From a virus: a DNA stretch of 64,000 nt. Below, in pieces: positions 55,049 to 64,000 of the stretch; positions within the stretch are counted from its first letter, which is position 1; every line of letters starts with the position of its first letter. The translations under genes and the position numbers were made by a program. The DNA lies in the IMG/VR virus record IMGVR_UViG_3300046665_000434, positions 64,001 through 128,000 of that record. One strand, given 5' to 3'. Under the pieces are notes generated by a model, which had not been told where the DNA came from, made no database searches, and was given only the letters and a program-made list of their open reading frames with translations.

Positions 55049-56593
55049 TTAGTCGAAGTCAGTCCAATCCTGACCAGGTTCACCGGCTGTGAGTCGGCCA
55101 CCTACCTTCTTAAAGGAAGTGTCTTCTTCAAGATCGATATCCCACTTCACGCCCATCATCGGGTGAGGTAGGAACTTGACAGCGAAGTATTTATCCTCTT
55201 CTGCTGTACTGCCCATCTTCCGGTGTTTCTCCCACTGGTACTCGAGATATGCAAATCCGTTATGCATGGTCTTGGCAATCAGCTTGGCAAAGTCAAACTC
55301 TGTCTCAAGCTTCTTACAGCTCTCGTAGTACCCGCCGCCAGGGAGGCGTTTAATGTAGTCGGGATAGTTACGTGCCAGCTCTTTTGCCTGAGTAGAGAGT
55401 TGGTGTACGCCATAGACCGCAATGTTGTTAGGCGAGGTGTAGCGACGAATGATCCGTACGACGAGCTGTGCTTCTTCACCAGCCACAGACGCGACGATAT
55501 CAGACTTATCCATCAGGTGAGGGTAGTCGATGCCCAGAGAGAAGATCTCGAAACCTTCTTTCTTGATCTCTTCCAGATCAGCAATCAGATCAAATGGAGA
55601 TGCGCCAGTGGTGTAGTCGAGGATGCGAACGTTCCAACCGTTCTCGGTCAGACGCTTACTGACATACGACGCCATCTCATCAGCAGGGACACCCTTCGTT
55701 TTGATGGGCATCTCGTACTTGGTTTCGTGCTGCTTCAAGCCGACATACAGCTTCTGGAGGATCAGCTCAGGCTTATCTTCCAGTGTGGCCAGGACGTGCA
55801 TCGGCTTCTTGGTCTTATCAATCAGTGTAGGACTGTTGAAGATACACATGGCCATGAAGTCATCGAGCAGATCACCAGATTTGTTATTGCCTGGCAACGC
55901 ACTGGTATTGCCCCACTCGCCTCGGCGTACACCGTACTGTTCCCCGTACATCCTGTTCTTGGCTTTCAGGCCCAGTTTCAGAATGCTGTTAGGATCGATG
56001 GCAGCCTGGGCCATCTCGTACGCTTGGGTGATGTTTTCAATGTCATTGAAGTCAAGGCTACGTACCGCAGTAACTGCACGACGTTTACCTGCCAGAGGGA
56101 GTTCCTGGAGTTTCAGGATGAGCTCATCCCGCCACTTGCTCAGGTTCTCGATCTTGTCCCTGTTGAAGCCTACCCGATGGCTGGCTTTCTTCAACGTGTC
56201 AAACAGTTCCTCAACGCCAATAAAGTCGTAGAGTTCGTGAGAGACTTCTTTCACTTTCTCGGCAGCCGCATCAGGATCATCGACTACCAGCAACGTTCTG
56301 CAAAAGAGATCATATAGGCGATCATTGTCCCCGCAGGCGAGACGTACTCGCACCATCATGTCGTTCAGATCGTACGGATGAGCAATACCTTTCTGCTTCA
56401 TCCAGACCAAATGTCCACGCAGTCGCTGGATTGCGTTCTGCTCTCGGCCTGATCCATTGGGATCATCGTTGACGACGATGTGCACTAACGCACGATCCAG
56501 CATGAACGTCAAAGCGTCCGCGTCGTGGTTAGGGATGTAGCTTGCGTAATAAACGGCACTAATGGCCTTGGCTAACAGTAGCTTGATTTCCAT
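55049..56593 (-). CDS. DnaB-like replicative helicase (phiKZ gp118-like)
   Basis: GVRRGE..ALPGNNKSG; TLED; GIDY; HQLS; KHR; divergent from capsid gene as in phiKZ. Confidence 0.85.
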   Translation of the reverse strand: MEIKLLLAKAISAVYYASYIPNHDADALTFMLDRALVHIVVNDDPNGSGREQNAIQRLRGHLVWMKQKGIAHPYDLNDMMVRVRLACGDNDRLYDLFCRTLLVVDDPDAAAEKVKEVSHELYDFIGVEELFDTLKKASHRVGFNRDKIENLSKWRDELILKLQELPLAGKRRAVTAVRSLDFNDIENITQAYEMAQAAIDPNSILKLGLKAKNRMYGEQYGVRRGEWGNTSALPGNNKSGDLLDDFMAMCIFNSPTLIDKTKKPMHVLATLEDKPELILQKLYVGLKQHETKYEMPIKTKGVPADEMASYVSKRLTENGWNVRILDYTTGASPFDLIADLEEIKKEGFEIFSLGIDYPHLMDKSDIVASVAGEEAQLVVRIIRRYTSPNNIAVYGVHQLSTQAKELARNYPDYIKRLPGGGYYESCKKLETEFDFAKLIAKTMHNGFAYLEYQWEKHRKMGSTAEEDKYFAVKFLPHPMMGVKWDIDLEEDTSFKKVGGRLTAGEPGQDWTDFD

Positions 56594-56625
56594 ACCGCCT
56601 CACCGCAGGCATTGCTAGTTGATGG

Positions 56626-57159
56626 GTGCATCTAATGAACAGACCTATTGAACTCAGGTTCATTCCGAAATGGTTGGGTGGTGCAATCACTCATTATAAA
56701 ACGGACTACAAAGACTTCGAAAGCATAGTATCGAGTCATGATGTGGATCTTTACCGCCTCGCTAACACGATGCTGAAAGCGGCTCTGTTTCGGCTGGGGA
56801 TTCGTGACTTCGTGATGCCTGATGCACTGGTCTCGTTCAAATATTCTGAGGAGGATGCACTCTTCGCTTTGTTTGGCCCAAACGCCGGTGACAAGAAGAT
56901 CGCTGAGTTTGCTTTGAGTAGTTTCTCCATTGTTCCTGATAAATATGACGGTATCATCATCGTCGAAAAGGACAACACTACTGGTAAGCAAGACTTCTTG
57001 CGTGAGTTGCTTAATGCCGTCGCCTTGTACCGCGGCAAGGAAGCAGCTTACTCGTCTGACTCTTTCAGACAGTTTCTTATCCGTATCGATACCAGTGCTG
57101 GTGAAAGTCACGCAGTTCATGAGAAGCTTGAACTCGAGAACGACACCGAAAAGAACTGA
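56626..57159 (+). CDS. conserved hypothetical protein (phiKZ gp119 position)
   Basis: lies between helicase and capsid genes. Confidence 0.65.
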   Translation: MHLMNRPIELRFIPKWLGGAITHYKTDYKDFESIVSSHDVDLYRLANTMLKAALFRLGIRDFVMPDALVSFKYSEEDALFALFGPNAGDKKIAEFALSSFSIVPDKYDGIIIVEKDNTTGKQDFLRELLNAVALYRGKEAAYSSDSFRQFLIRIDTSAGESHAVHEKLELENDTEKN

Positions 57160-57334
57160 TTGATGATATGGAAATCTGTTATGCGCGTGCGCAGATAGAT
57201 TTGATAGTTTTGTGAAGTAATACGCCTTGCTGGACAAGGGTTGCTAATTGTAGTCGACTATAGTTAGACAGGCGTCAATCCTAAAATCGAAGCTTCGTAT
57301 ATTTAAGTTACCAAATTGCAATTTGGAGCAACAC

Positions 57335-59590
57335 ATGAGTCTCATTAAACTCAACAATGCCGGATCGAATTTCGAAGACAAGAAACTGTCTGCGCCGGCA
57401 CTGCGTCAAGCTCTGGCCGATCCGGCTCAGAACTATACCACCGAATCCAACGACATGCTGAAGTGGCTGGAAGACGGTAGCTTCGAAGGCCGTGCTGACC
57501 TGAACGGCGCCGCCAAGACCCTGCAACAAATCCTGGAACCGGACCACGTCGGCAAGGCTGCCTATGGCAACCCGAACGGCATGAAGATGGCTTCGTTCGT
57601 TGCCTCCTTCGCCAACAACCTGCCTGCTCTTCTGCGCATGCAAACCTCGGTTGAAGCCAAAGGCCTGGCTGACGGCGTGCGTTACGCACCTGCCGACGGT
57701 TCGGACTTCGAATCCGAGTACTCGAAAGAGTCCTTCGACAACCAGGAACTGAACGACTTCTTCGCCGTCTCCATCGGCCTGAACTACAAAATCGCTCGCC
57801 AGGGTCCGGCGATGGAAATGGTGTACCGCACCATTCCTCTGACTCCTGAGCAAGGCGGTTTCGACATCGTCGTTCCGAACCTGTTCGTTGAAAACACCCT
57901 GCGCCACGAACTGGACGGTTCCGAGTCCGACTTCGGCTTCCGCCGCGTCATCGACTCCTCGATCGACTACACCGTTCTGAACGACAACAGCACTCAGATC
58001 GTTCCGACCTACAACGACACCACCAAGGACAACTTCGTTTCGACGACTGTCCTGGCTCCGTTCGAATACGAAAACGGTCGTCGTAAGGTTCTGACCAGCG
58101 GTCTGAAACTGGGTCAAACCATCCAGATCTTCGGCCTGGGCCAAGCTGACAGCGTGCAACGCGTTGGCCAACCTGACTACACCGAAGCCCTGGACCGTAA
58201 CATCGGTATCGCTACCGTCTTCGTTGCCCTGGGCGGCGAAACTGTCGGCTTCGACACCAAAGGTCTGCCATTCAGCCGCTACATCAAGATGCCAGAACAA
58301 GGCGGCCGTCAAATGTCGCTGAACTTCAACGTATCTTCGTTGGAGATCTCGCCGACCACCAAAGCGTGGGATGGCGATGCACTGACTGGCGCTACCTTCA
58401 AGCTGATCCAGGATGGCAAGTACACCGTCCGTCTGAAAACCCGTCTGAACGGTCAAGTTGACGTTGAGCGCGGTACTATCGACGTGACTGCTACCAGCCT
58501 GACCGTGATGTACATCACCAACGAAGCCAAAGAGCGCATCCCACTGGACAGCGGCGTTGGTCAACAAATCGTTACCGGCCTGGCCGGTCTGGCGACAGTA
58601 GCCTGGTGGCCGGACGCTCGTCTGACCAACAGTAACCACCGTCACCTGGGTCTGATGCTGAACGTCCGTACCGTTGCCGAGCGTCTGCTGACCCGTCAAC
58701 GTTCGCCGTTCTTCGTTCCGTACCCGCTGAACGAAAACCGTGACCAGTCCGTAATGGATTGGCTGACTTTCGCGGTGAGCCAGTACATCAACAACGAAGG
58801 TGTTGGTACGCTGATCAACTACCACGAGCGCCTGATGCGTCTCACTGGTGGTCTGCGTGGCGACCTGACCGTCGGCGACTTCGAGATCAACGCCCTGCCT
58901 ATCGAAGGTATCGGCCGTTACCTCGTCAACCCGTACGTCCAGGAAGTCGAGATCGACCTGCTGAACAACACCCAGTCGCAGAACACTGCCGACAACGTTG
59001 AAAACGGTATCGCGGTTCTGACCAACGCCCTGCGTTCGGTTGGCTTCGACATCCTGCAACGTACCAACTACGAAAACGCCGCCCGCTACATGGACGGTGG
59101 TGAAGTAGCCAACAAGTTCAAGTTCGGCCTGGTAACCAGCCCGATCATCGAACGCTTCCTGACCATCACCGGTGACAGCCGTACCCTCGGCGCGAACCTG
59201 ACTTACCAGCTGGAATCTGACGTCGACGCCCGTCTGACCGAAAGTCTCTACATGGTAATGATCCGTGATGGCGACGGTGTTGACCCGCTGAACGCTGGCG
59301 CAATGCTGCTGACCCCAACGCTGGTATCGACCATCTCCGCGACCCGTGACAACCGTCCGGTCAACGAAGCAATCGTACAGCCGCGCTTCCAGCACTACAA
59401 CTTCTGCCCGATCGTGGTGAAGTTCGTCGTGAAGGGCGTGCGTGAGCTCCTGGAGCAAACCATTCCCTTTCGTGTCAAGGTCGAACCGGCTGATGTTGAA
59501 GACGGTGACACCGATCCAGGTACTGGGACTGGCACCGGTGGTACTGGGGCCGGCGCAGGTAACATCGACTCCGGCGCCGGTGGCGCTTAA
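57335..59590 (+). CDS. major capsid protein (phiKZ gp120-like)
   Basis: ~750 aa, strong codon bias, SKE/SF propeptide site, synteny with DnaB and RNAP subunit. Confidence 0.88.
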   Translation: MSLIKLNNAGSNFEDKKLSAPALRQALADPAQNYTTESNDMLKWLEDGSFEGRADLNGAAKTLQQILEPDHVGKAAYGNPNGMKMASFVASFANNLPALLRMQTSVEAKGLADGVRYAPADGSDFESEYSKESFDNQELNDFFAVSIGLNYKIARQGPAMEMVYRTIPLTPEQGGFDIVVPNLFVENTLRHELDGSESDFGFRRVIDSSIDYTVLNDNSTQIVPTYNDTTKDNFVSTTVLAPFEYENGRRKVLTSGLKLGQTIQIFGLGQADSVQRVGQPDYTEALDRNIGIATVFVALGGETVGFDTKGLPFSRYIKMPEQGGRQMSLNFNVSSLEISPTTKAWDGDALTGATFKLIQDGKYTVRLKTRLNGQVDVERGTIDVTATSLTVMYITNEAKERIPLDSGVGQQIVTGLAGLATVAWWPDARLTNSNHRHLGLMLNVRTVAERLLTRQRSPFFVPYPLNENRDQSVMDWLTFAVSQYINNEGVGTLINYHERLMRLTGGLRGDLTVGDFEINALPIEGIGRYLVNPYVQEVEIDLLNNTQSQNTADNVENGIAVLTNALRSVGFDILQRTNYENAARYMDGGEVANKFKFGLVTSPIIERFLTITGDSRTLGANLTYQLESDVDARLTESLYMVMIRDGDGVDPLNAGAMLLTPTLVSTISATRDNRPVNEAIVQPRFQHYNFCPIVVKFVVKGVRELLEQTIPFRVKVEPADVEDGDTDPGTGTGTGGTGAGAGNIDSGAGGA

Positions 59591-59613
59591 CAGCTGATGT
59601 TGCTAGCTGAATA

Positions 59614-59645
59614 ACATACAGCGGGGCGTGAGCCCCGCTGTATGT
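59614..59645 (+). terminator. hairpin after capsid gene
   Basis: ACATACAGCGGGGC-GTGA-GCCCCGCTGTATGT. Confidence 0.7.
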
Positions 59646-59747
59646 CGTTAATGTAAGTAAAGAGATTACAACAATACATTATTAATTCTGACGAGGCGAA
59701 ATACAAAGAGATGCTTGGAGCGTTGTACTTTTTAACTACGGGGATAT

Positions 59748-60869
59748 ATGAGTATGAATAGTGGAGATCGTACGCCCACTTTCACGAAGTACTCTGTGCT
59801 GACTAACATGCACGTCATGGAACTGGTAGATGGTCATGCGTGTTCATCGATGACTCAGTCTGTCAGGAACGTTAGTTCTCGCGAGGTGAGAATAAAGGAT
59901 AGGTTTGGTGTGAACCAAATCCTCCACGCCTCGAAGAATGCTCGACCGCCGGAATATATCGATATCTTCTTGCGTTGGGAAATGACGGAGCAGGCTTACA
60001 AAGACACATGCAGGGATTTCAGGAGACGTTACGGTTCTGGAGCACCAGTTACCGCAGCGCTACTGGCTGCGTGGTACGATGGGGAAGCATTGAACCATCG
60101 ACGCGATATGATGCGCACTTACGAGATCCAAGTGGAGATCGTGGTTGCGGATGTAATTGCCGCAGGCGGTACTGTTTATATCGAGGAACTCGATTTGACA
60201 GTCTGTGTCAACGGTGCAGATCGTCGCGAGGAGGAGCATCCTTTTAGTCCGAGCAATCGGGTAAGAAGGGGCTTAGCTAGCGAGATCCCGCACATGGGGG
60301 AGGAAACTTTCGTTATGTCTATTCGTGCAATTGACAACAGTTCGTTGAAGTCAAGGCACGACAGGTTTCTGAAGATCGGTGATTTGGTTTACCATGTTCC
60401 GATTGAAAGAGACCACATGTGTGATAATGGCGTATACATCACAACGAGATATGACGCAGATACAAAGAACGCCACAGGGAGAACTCAAAGGGTGGTTACT
60501 CGCCGGATGGGTTTCGATGAAGCTGACAAACTGTTTCAGATGTACGATACAATCGAACAGGCCCGTGAAGGCCTGACCACGGAAGAGCTTCGTAAAGAAG
60601 AAATTCTAAGGCGACAGTATGAGCAGAAGATTGCTGATCTGGAGCGGCAAAATGAGAAACTCGAACGGGACCATGCGCATTGGCGTGAGCGGTCTACTCA
60701 TGAACAGCAATCTAGCCGAGAGAAGGAGGAGAGGAATCAAAAACGTAACTCAGAGGAAAATGTGCGGGAACAAACTCGCAGTTTCACGGAATGGATGAAA
60801 CTTGTGGGTGGCTTTATGACTGCATTAGTGGGTATAGCCGCGACAGTCGCGAAATTGAAACCTACTTAA
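59748..60869 (+). CDS. conserved hypothetical protein with coiled coil and C-terminal hydrophobic helix (phiKZ gp122 position)
   Basis: synteny; coiled coil. Confidence 0.7.
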   Translation: MSMNSGDRTPTFTKYSVLTNMHVMELVDGHACSSMTQSVRNVSSREVRIKDRFGVNQILHASKNARPPEYIDIFLRWEMTEQAYKDTCRDFRRRYGSGAPVTAALLAAWYDGEALNHRRDMMRTYEIQVEIVVADVIAAGGTVYIEELDLTVCVNGADRREEEHPFSPSNRVRRGLASEIPHMGEETFVMSIRAIDNSSLKSRHDRFLKIGDLVYHVPIERDHMCDNGVYITTRYDADTKNATGRTQRVVTRRMGFDEADKLFQMYDTIEQAREGLTTEELRKEEILRRQYEQKIADLERQNEKLERDHAHWRERSTHEQQSSREKEERNQKRNSEENVREQTRSFTEWMKLVGGFMTALVGIAATVAKLKPT

Positions 60870-60892
60870 CAACTAACTAGCAGGGCTGACAA

Positions 60893-62617
60893 ATGCCGGA
60901 TATCGAACTGTTTTTAGAAGCTCAGGAGGATATGCCTGTTTTCTCTCAGGACATCCTGGATGGCTTAGCCGTCAAGGGTCTCCTCTGGGCAAAAGAAGAG
61001 GTTGACACTCTCATCGAATGCGCTGAGAAGGCTTATCCCGAAGGCTTTGAGTTCGCAAGGTCTCGTATCTGTAGTCCAAAAGAAGCCATCATTGCGATGT
61101 CTTCGTTACTCTCCAAGTCCTCGGACCGTGATCCATCCATCGATCTGGCCCCAACGGATGTCTACTTGGTTGAGTATCAGTTCACGTTCAATGGCCAGGA
61201 CCTGATCAAACGGTATCTTTTCTTGCCGTATGCTCGTACTGCCGGTTTGATGATGATTGCTGCAAAGTTCTTTTCCATCAGTCCGGTAGCTTCTGACCCT
61301 GGCTTGTCGATTGGACCTGATTATGTCTTCGTCAGGTTCAGCCGGGCACCCGTCACGTTTCGTCAAACATTGGCAACCCTCAACGTCAACGGTGAGGAAG
61401 TCTCTGAGTATCTCGCGTACTCGTGGTTGCACAACCGTGGCGGTGCCAACAACAAGACCAATCAGAGCGACACTCTGGTAATTGGCGGCGCTTTGGCTAC
61501 ATTGCCGCACTATCTGTTTGCAAAATACGGTCTCGAAGAATCCTTCCGCAAGTTTGCGGGTACGGAGTTTGAACTGACCAAGATTGATATTCCCTACGGC
61601 GGTGAAGAAAAAGACCGTTGGGAACTCACTCGCGAATGCCTGATGGCTCAGGGGTACGATCTGAGCTCGTGGACGGTGTATTCCTCCGCACACTACAAAC
61701 CCACCGCGTTGAAGATGAAGACGCCTTACAAGGCTATCGCTACAAACGTGGTGATGTTGGTGCCAACGCGTAACGTGAGCAAACTGACATCTGCATTCGT
61801 CAGGGCGTTCTTTTACATGTTGGATCATTTCCCTGAACCTACATCAGGTATTAGCTTCGAAGAATACTTGGTGGAATTGCGGGGAGAAGAGCGGTGGAAG
61901 ATCTGGATGGGATATATCCAATTCGGTGATCAGTATGGCGTTGGTAAGCTGACTGAAAACATCAACCACCATTTAGCGAGTCTCGATCAGTACGTCGACA
62001 TCGAGGCTCGTCGGATGTTCATGGAAGAAGAACGTCTGGATATCGACGATATCTATCAGTTGTTCTGCTACATCCTCAACAACATTGAGGAATTGATCAA
62101 CAACAAGGAAGAAGATATCGGGACCATGTACGGTAAGCGGTTGCAGACTTCGCAGTATGTTCTTCGGGATATCACTGCATCGATCTTTCGTTGCTTGTTC
62201 GAGATTACCAACAACAAGAAGCGCAAGTTCGAGAAAGAGGACTACAACAAGACGCTCGGCAAGTACTTCATGCCGACTATCATTTTCAATCTGAGGAAAA
62301 CCAGCCAGAAGCCTTTCATGTCGTCCGTCTCTACCCCAGGCGACAACATGTATCCAAAGATCACTTCTCGGCTCGTTATGCAGGCGCAAACCAGTAGTGG
62401 CAGAAAGCCTTCTAACCTCAATGTGAATGATCCGACATCCTGGCTTCATGCCTCCATTGCTGAACTGGGTAACCATCTGGTACTGCCCAAGAACACGCCG
62501 CTGGGCCGCATGACGTTAAACCCTACGGCGAGGCTCGATGATAAGGGCACTACTCAGCGAAAAGAATCGATGGCACCCACAGTCGAGTATATCGGCGACG
62601 CCATTAGCCGCAATTAA
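60893..62617 (+). CDS. non-virion RNA polymerase beta-like subunit, N-terminal part (phiKZ gp123-like)
   Basis: YLFLPY..G.M.I...F.ISPV..D; MYGKRL; LHASIAELG..LPK..P.GR..LNP; synteny. Confidence 0.75.
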   Translation: MPDIELFLEAQEDMPVFSQDILDGLAVKGLLWAKEEVDTLIECAEKAYPEGFEFARSRICSPKEAIIAMSSLLSKSSDRDPSIDLAPTDVYLVEYQFTFNGQDLIKRYLFLPYARTAGLMMIAAKFFSISPVASDPGLSIGPDYVFVRFSRAPVTFRQTLATLNVNGEEVSEYLAYSWLHNRGGANNKTNQSDTLVIGGALATLPHYLFAKYGLEESFRKFAGTEFELTKIDIPYGGEEKDRWELTRECLMAQGYDLSSWTVYSSAHYKPTALKMKTPYKAIATNVVMLVPTRNVSKLTSAFVRAFFYMLDHFPEPTSGISFEEYLVELRGEERWKIWMGYIQFGDQYGVGKLTENINHHLASLDQYVDIEARRMFMEEERLDIDDIYQLFCYILNNIEELINNKEEDIGTMYGKRLQTSQYVLRDITASIFRCLFEITNNKKRKFEKEDYNKTLGKYFMPTIIFNLRKTSQKPFMSSVSTPGDNMYPKITSRLVMQAQTSSGRKPSNLNVNDPTSWLHASIAELGNHLVLPKNTPLGRMTLNPTARLDDKGTTQRKESMAPTVEYIGDAISRN

Positions 62618-62643
62618 AAACCCGCGCAACTTAGGAGTGTGTA

Positions 62644-64000
62644 ATGAGTCGACGCGATGAACAACTTTGGGAAGATGTGTCTCAAGAGGTTATTGACTAC
62701 ATCAAACGCAAAGATAACGATCGTGATCTGAAAGGCACCTTGGTCGGCGAGCTGCGCTCTAAGTACTACGATGCAATGAGCGAAGATCGTTGGCGTTCTC
62801 GTGAGTTTGGTGATCTGGTTGATACCGTGGTCGCTTCCTTGCGAGAAGTCGAGGACAACTATGCCCGTGAGGGTGACCGTAAGCGGGATATCATTGCGCA
62901 AGCTGCGCAGCTGATCGTTGATGGTCACTTTGCGGTACAGGTTCTCGATTCCAATGTGGCTCGTGAGCTGAAGAACGAGGTCTACGATGCGCTGCTCGAT
63001 GCCAAGGATGAAGCTATCCGCATCGCTCGGCGCAGTTCTCGTGGAGATCGTGATGATGATCGTGACCGGGATCGCGATGGCCGTAACCCCTACGACGATC
63101 GACGCGATCGGGACAGGGATCGAGACCGTAATCGGGATCGCAGCAGTCGTCGCGATACTGGTACAAGCGGCCGCCGGCGTGAAACTACTGATGATGGCTG
63201 GGATATCCTGTCTGACATCGGTGATGACGATGATGACGATCGTCAGCGCGAGAAAGATCGCAAGTACCAGGATGAGATTCGGGAAGTGGATCTGCGGGAT
63301 GATCGCAGCTATGCTCCAGAGCCTCTGCGGGAAGAACCGGTACGTCAGCCTCGGGTTACTATCTCGACTGACGTGGACGGTCCAGATTACAGCCAGGCGA
63401 GTCCTTTCGAGGACTTCATTGAAGGTGGCGAGCGGTTTCGTGCAGCTCACCTGAGTGACTGGCAACTGACGCCTGATTTCGATCTGGATACTCCAGAACA
63501 GATCCGGCTCAGCGCTATTCCAACGCTGTACAACATCAACACCCACATCAAGTACTACGTGATGGACGCCGAAGGTTGCGTCCGAGAGGAGTTTGAAAAA
63601 GTGACTGACGAAAACCGCCGTCTTGCTCATCAACTGCGCGAAGATCCTCGCGTAGAAGAAGTCTCTCGTCCACGTTCGGCCCGCGTTACTCTGACGCGTG
63701 ACGACAGCGACCTCAGCCAACATCGTGAACAACGCCAAGCCGGTCAGTCGCTGGCTAAGCAGTTGGACGAAGTAGATATCAGCGAACTGAAGTTCTCGGC
63801 CACCAACATGGCTGACAGTTTGCCAGGTATCGTCTTCTCCGGTCAGATGGACATGATCGACGGCGGCAACAAGCCGCGGGCTGGTCTGTACTTCCGTCGT
63901 TCGCCATTGGTCATCCGCGGTGAAGGCCAGCTGGACCTGATCGATCAGGTAAATGATACCACCACCCTGACGGCTGCTGCTGACCGTATGGTCGAGCTGC
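62644..64000 (+). CDS. large hypothetical protein with Arg/Asp-rich disordered region (runs off window)
   Basis: AGGAG SD; open frame MSRRDEQLWEDV... to window end; absent from ORF track because it has no stop. Confidence 0.8.
   Translation, partial: MSRRDEQLWEDVSQEVIDYIKRKDNDRDLKGTLVGELRSKYYDAMSEDRWRSREFGDLVDTVVASLREVEDNYAREGDRKRDIIAQAAQLIVDGHFAVQVLDSNVARELKNEVYDALLDAKDEAIRIARRSSRGDRDDDRDRDRDGRNPYDDRRDRDRDRDRNRDRSSRRDTGTSGRRRETTDDGWDILSDIGDDDDDDRQREKDRKYQDEIREVDLRDDRSYAPEPLREEPVRQPRVTISTDVDGPDYSQASPFEDFIEGGERFRAAHLSDWQLTPDFDLDTPEQIRLSAIPTLYNINTHIKYYVMDAEGCVREEFEKVTDENRRLAHQLREDPRVEEVSRPRSARVTLTRDDSDLSQHREQRQAGQSLAKQLDEVDISELKFSATNMADSLPGIVFSGQMDMIDGGNKPRAGLYFRRSPLVIRGEGQLDLIDQVNDTTTLTAAADRMVEL

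Noticed and set aside
57308-59458. 716-aa antisense ORF over the capsid gene
   Set aside because: Mirror of a strongly codon-biased gene; no recognisable protein features.

Overview
This is a 64-kb segment of a phiKZ-like (Chimalliviridae-type, nucleus-forming) jumbo phage genome. The assignment rests on the DnaB helicase / major capsid protein / non-virion RNA polymerase beta-subunit block at 55-62.6 kb, S-x-E-propeptide head proteins, a virion-type SF2 helicase and a 13-gene array of paralogous tail/baseplate proteins. The window also has accessory genes (Nudix, QueC-like, two HD hydrolases, dCTP deaminase, spanins, GNAT) and early operons marked by a TACAGTCATACAT promoter motif and a covarying SD-in-loop hairpin. 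The standout feature is the 2.5-7.2 kb RNA cluster. Besides seven intact tRNAs, it holds five tRNA genes interrupted at the same anticodon-loop position, just after U33. Removing the inserts gives canonical 7-nt loops with all four Val anticodons (UAC, AAC, GAC, CAC) plus Leu(UAG). The inserts do not look like group I/II introns: two are circularly permuted, anticodon-less tRNAs (twin cloverleaves joined through their anticodon stems), one is a reduced tRNA-like insert, one is 11 nt, and one is a homing-endonuclease gene whose stop codon is the anticodon. Several further tRNA-framed and multi-hairpin ncRNA candidates are present. All family assignments are by motif recognition only; no database searches were run.
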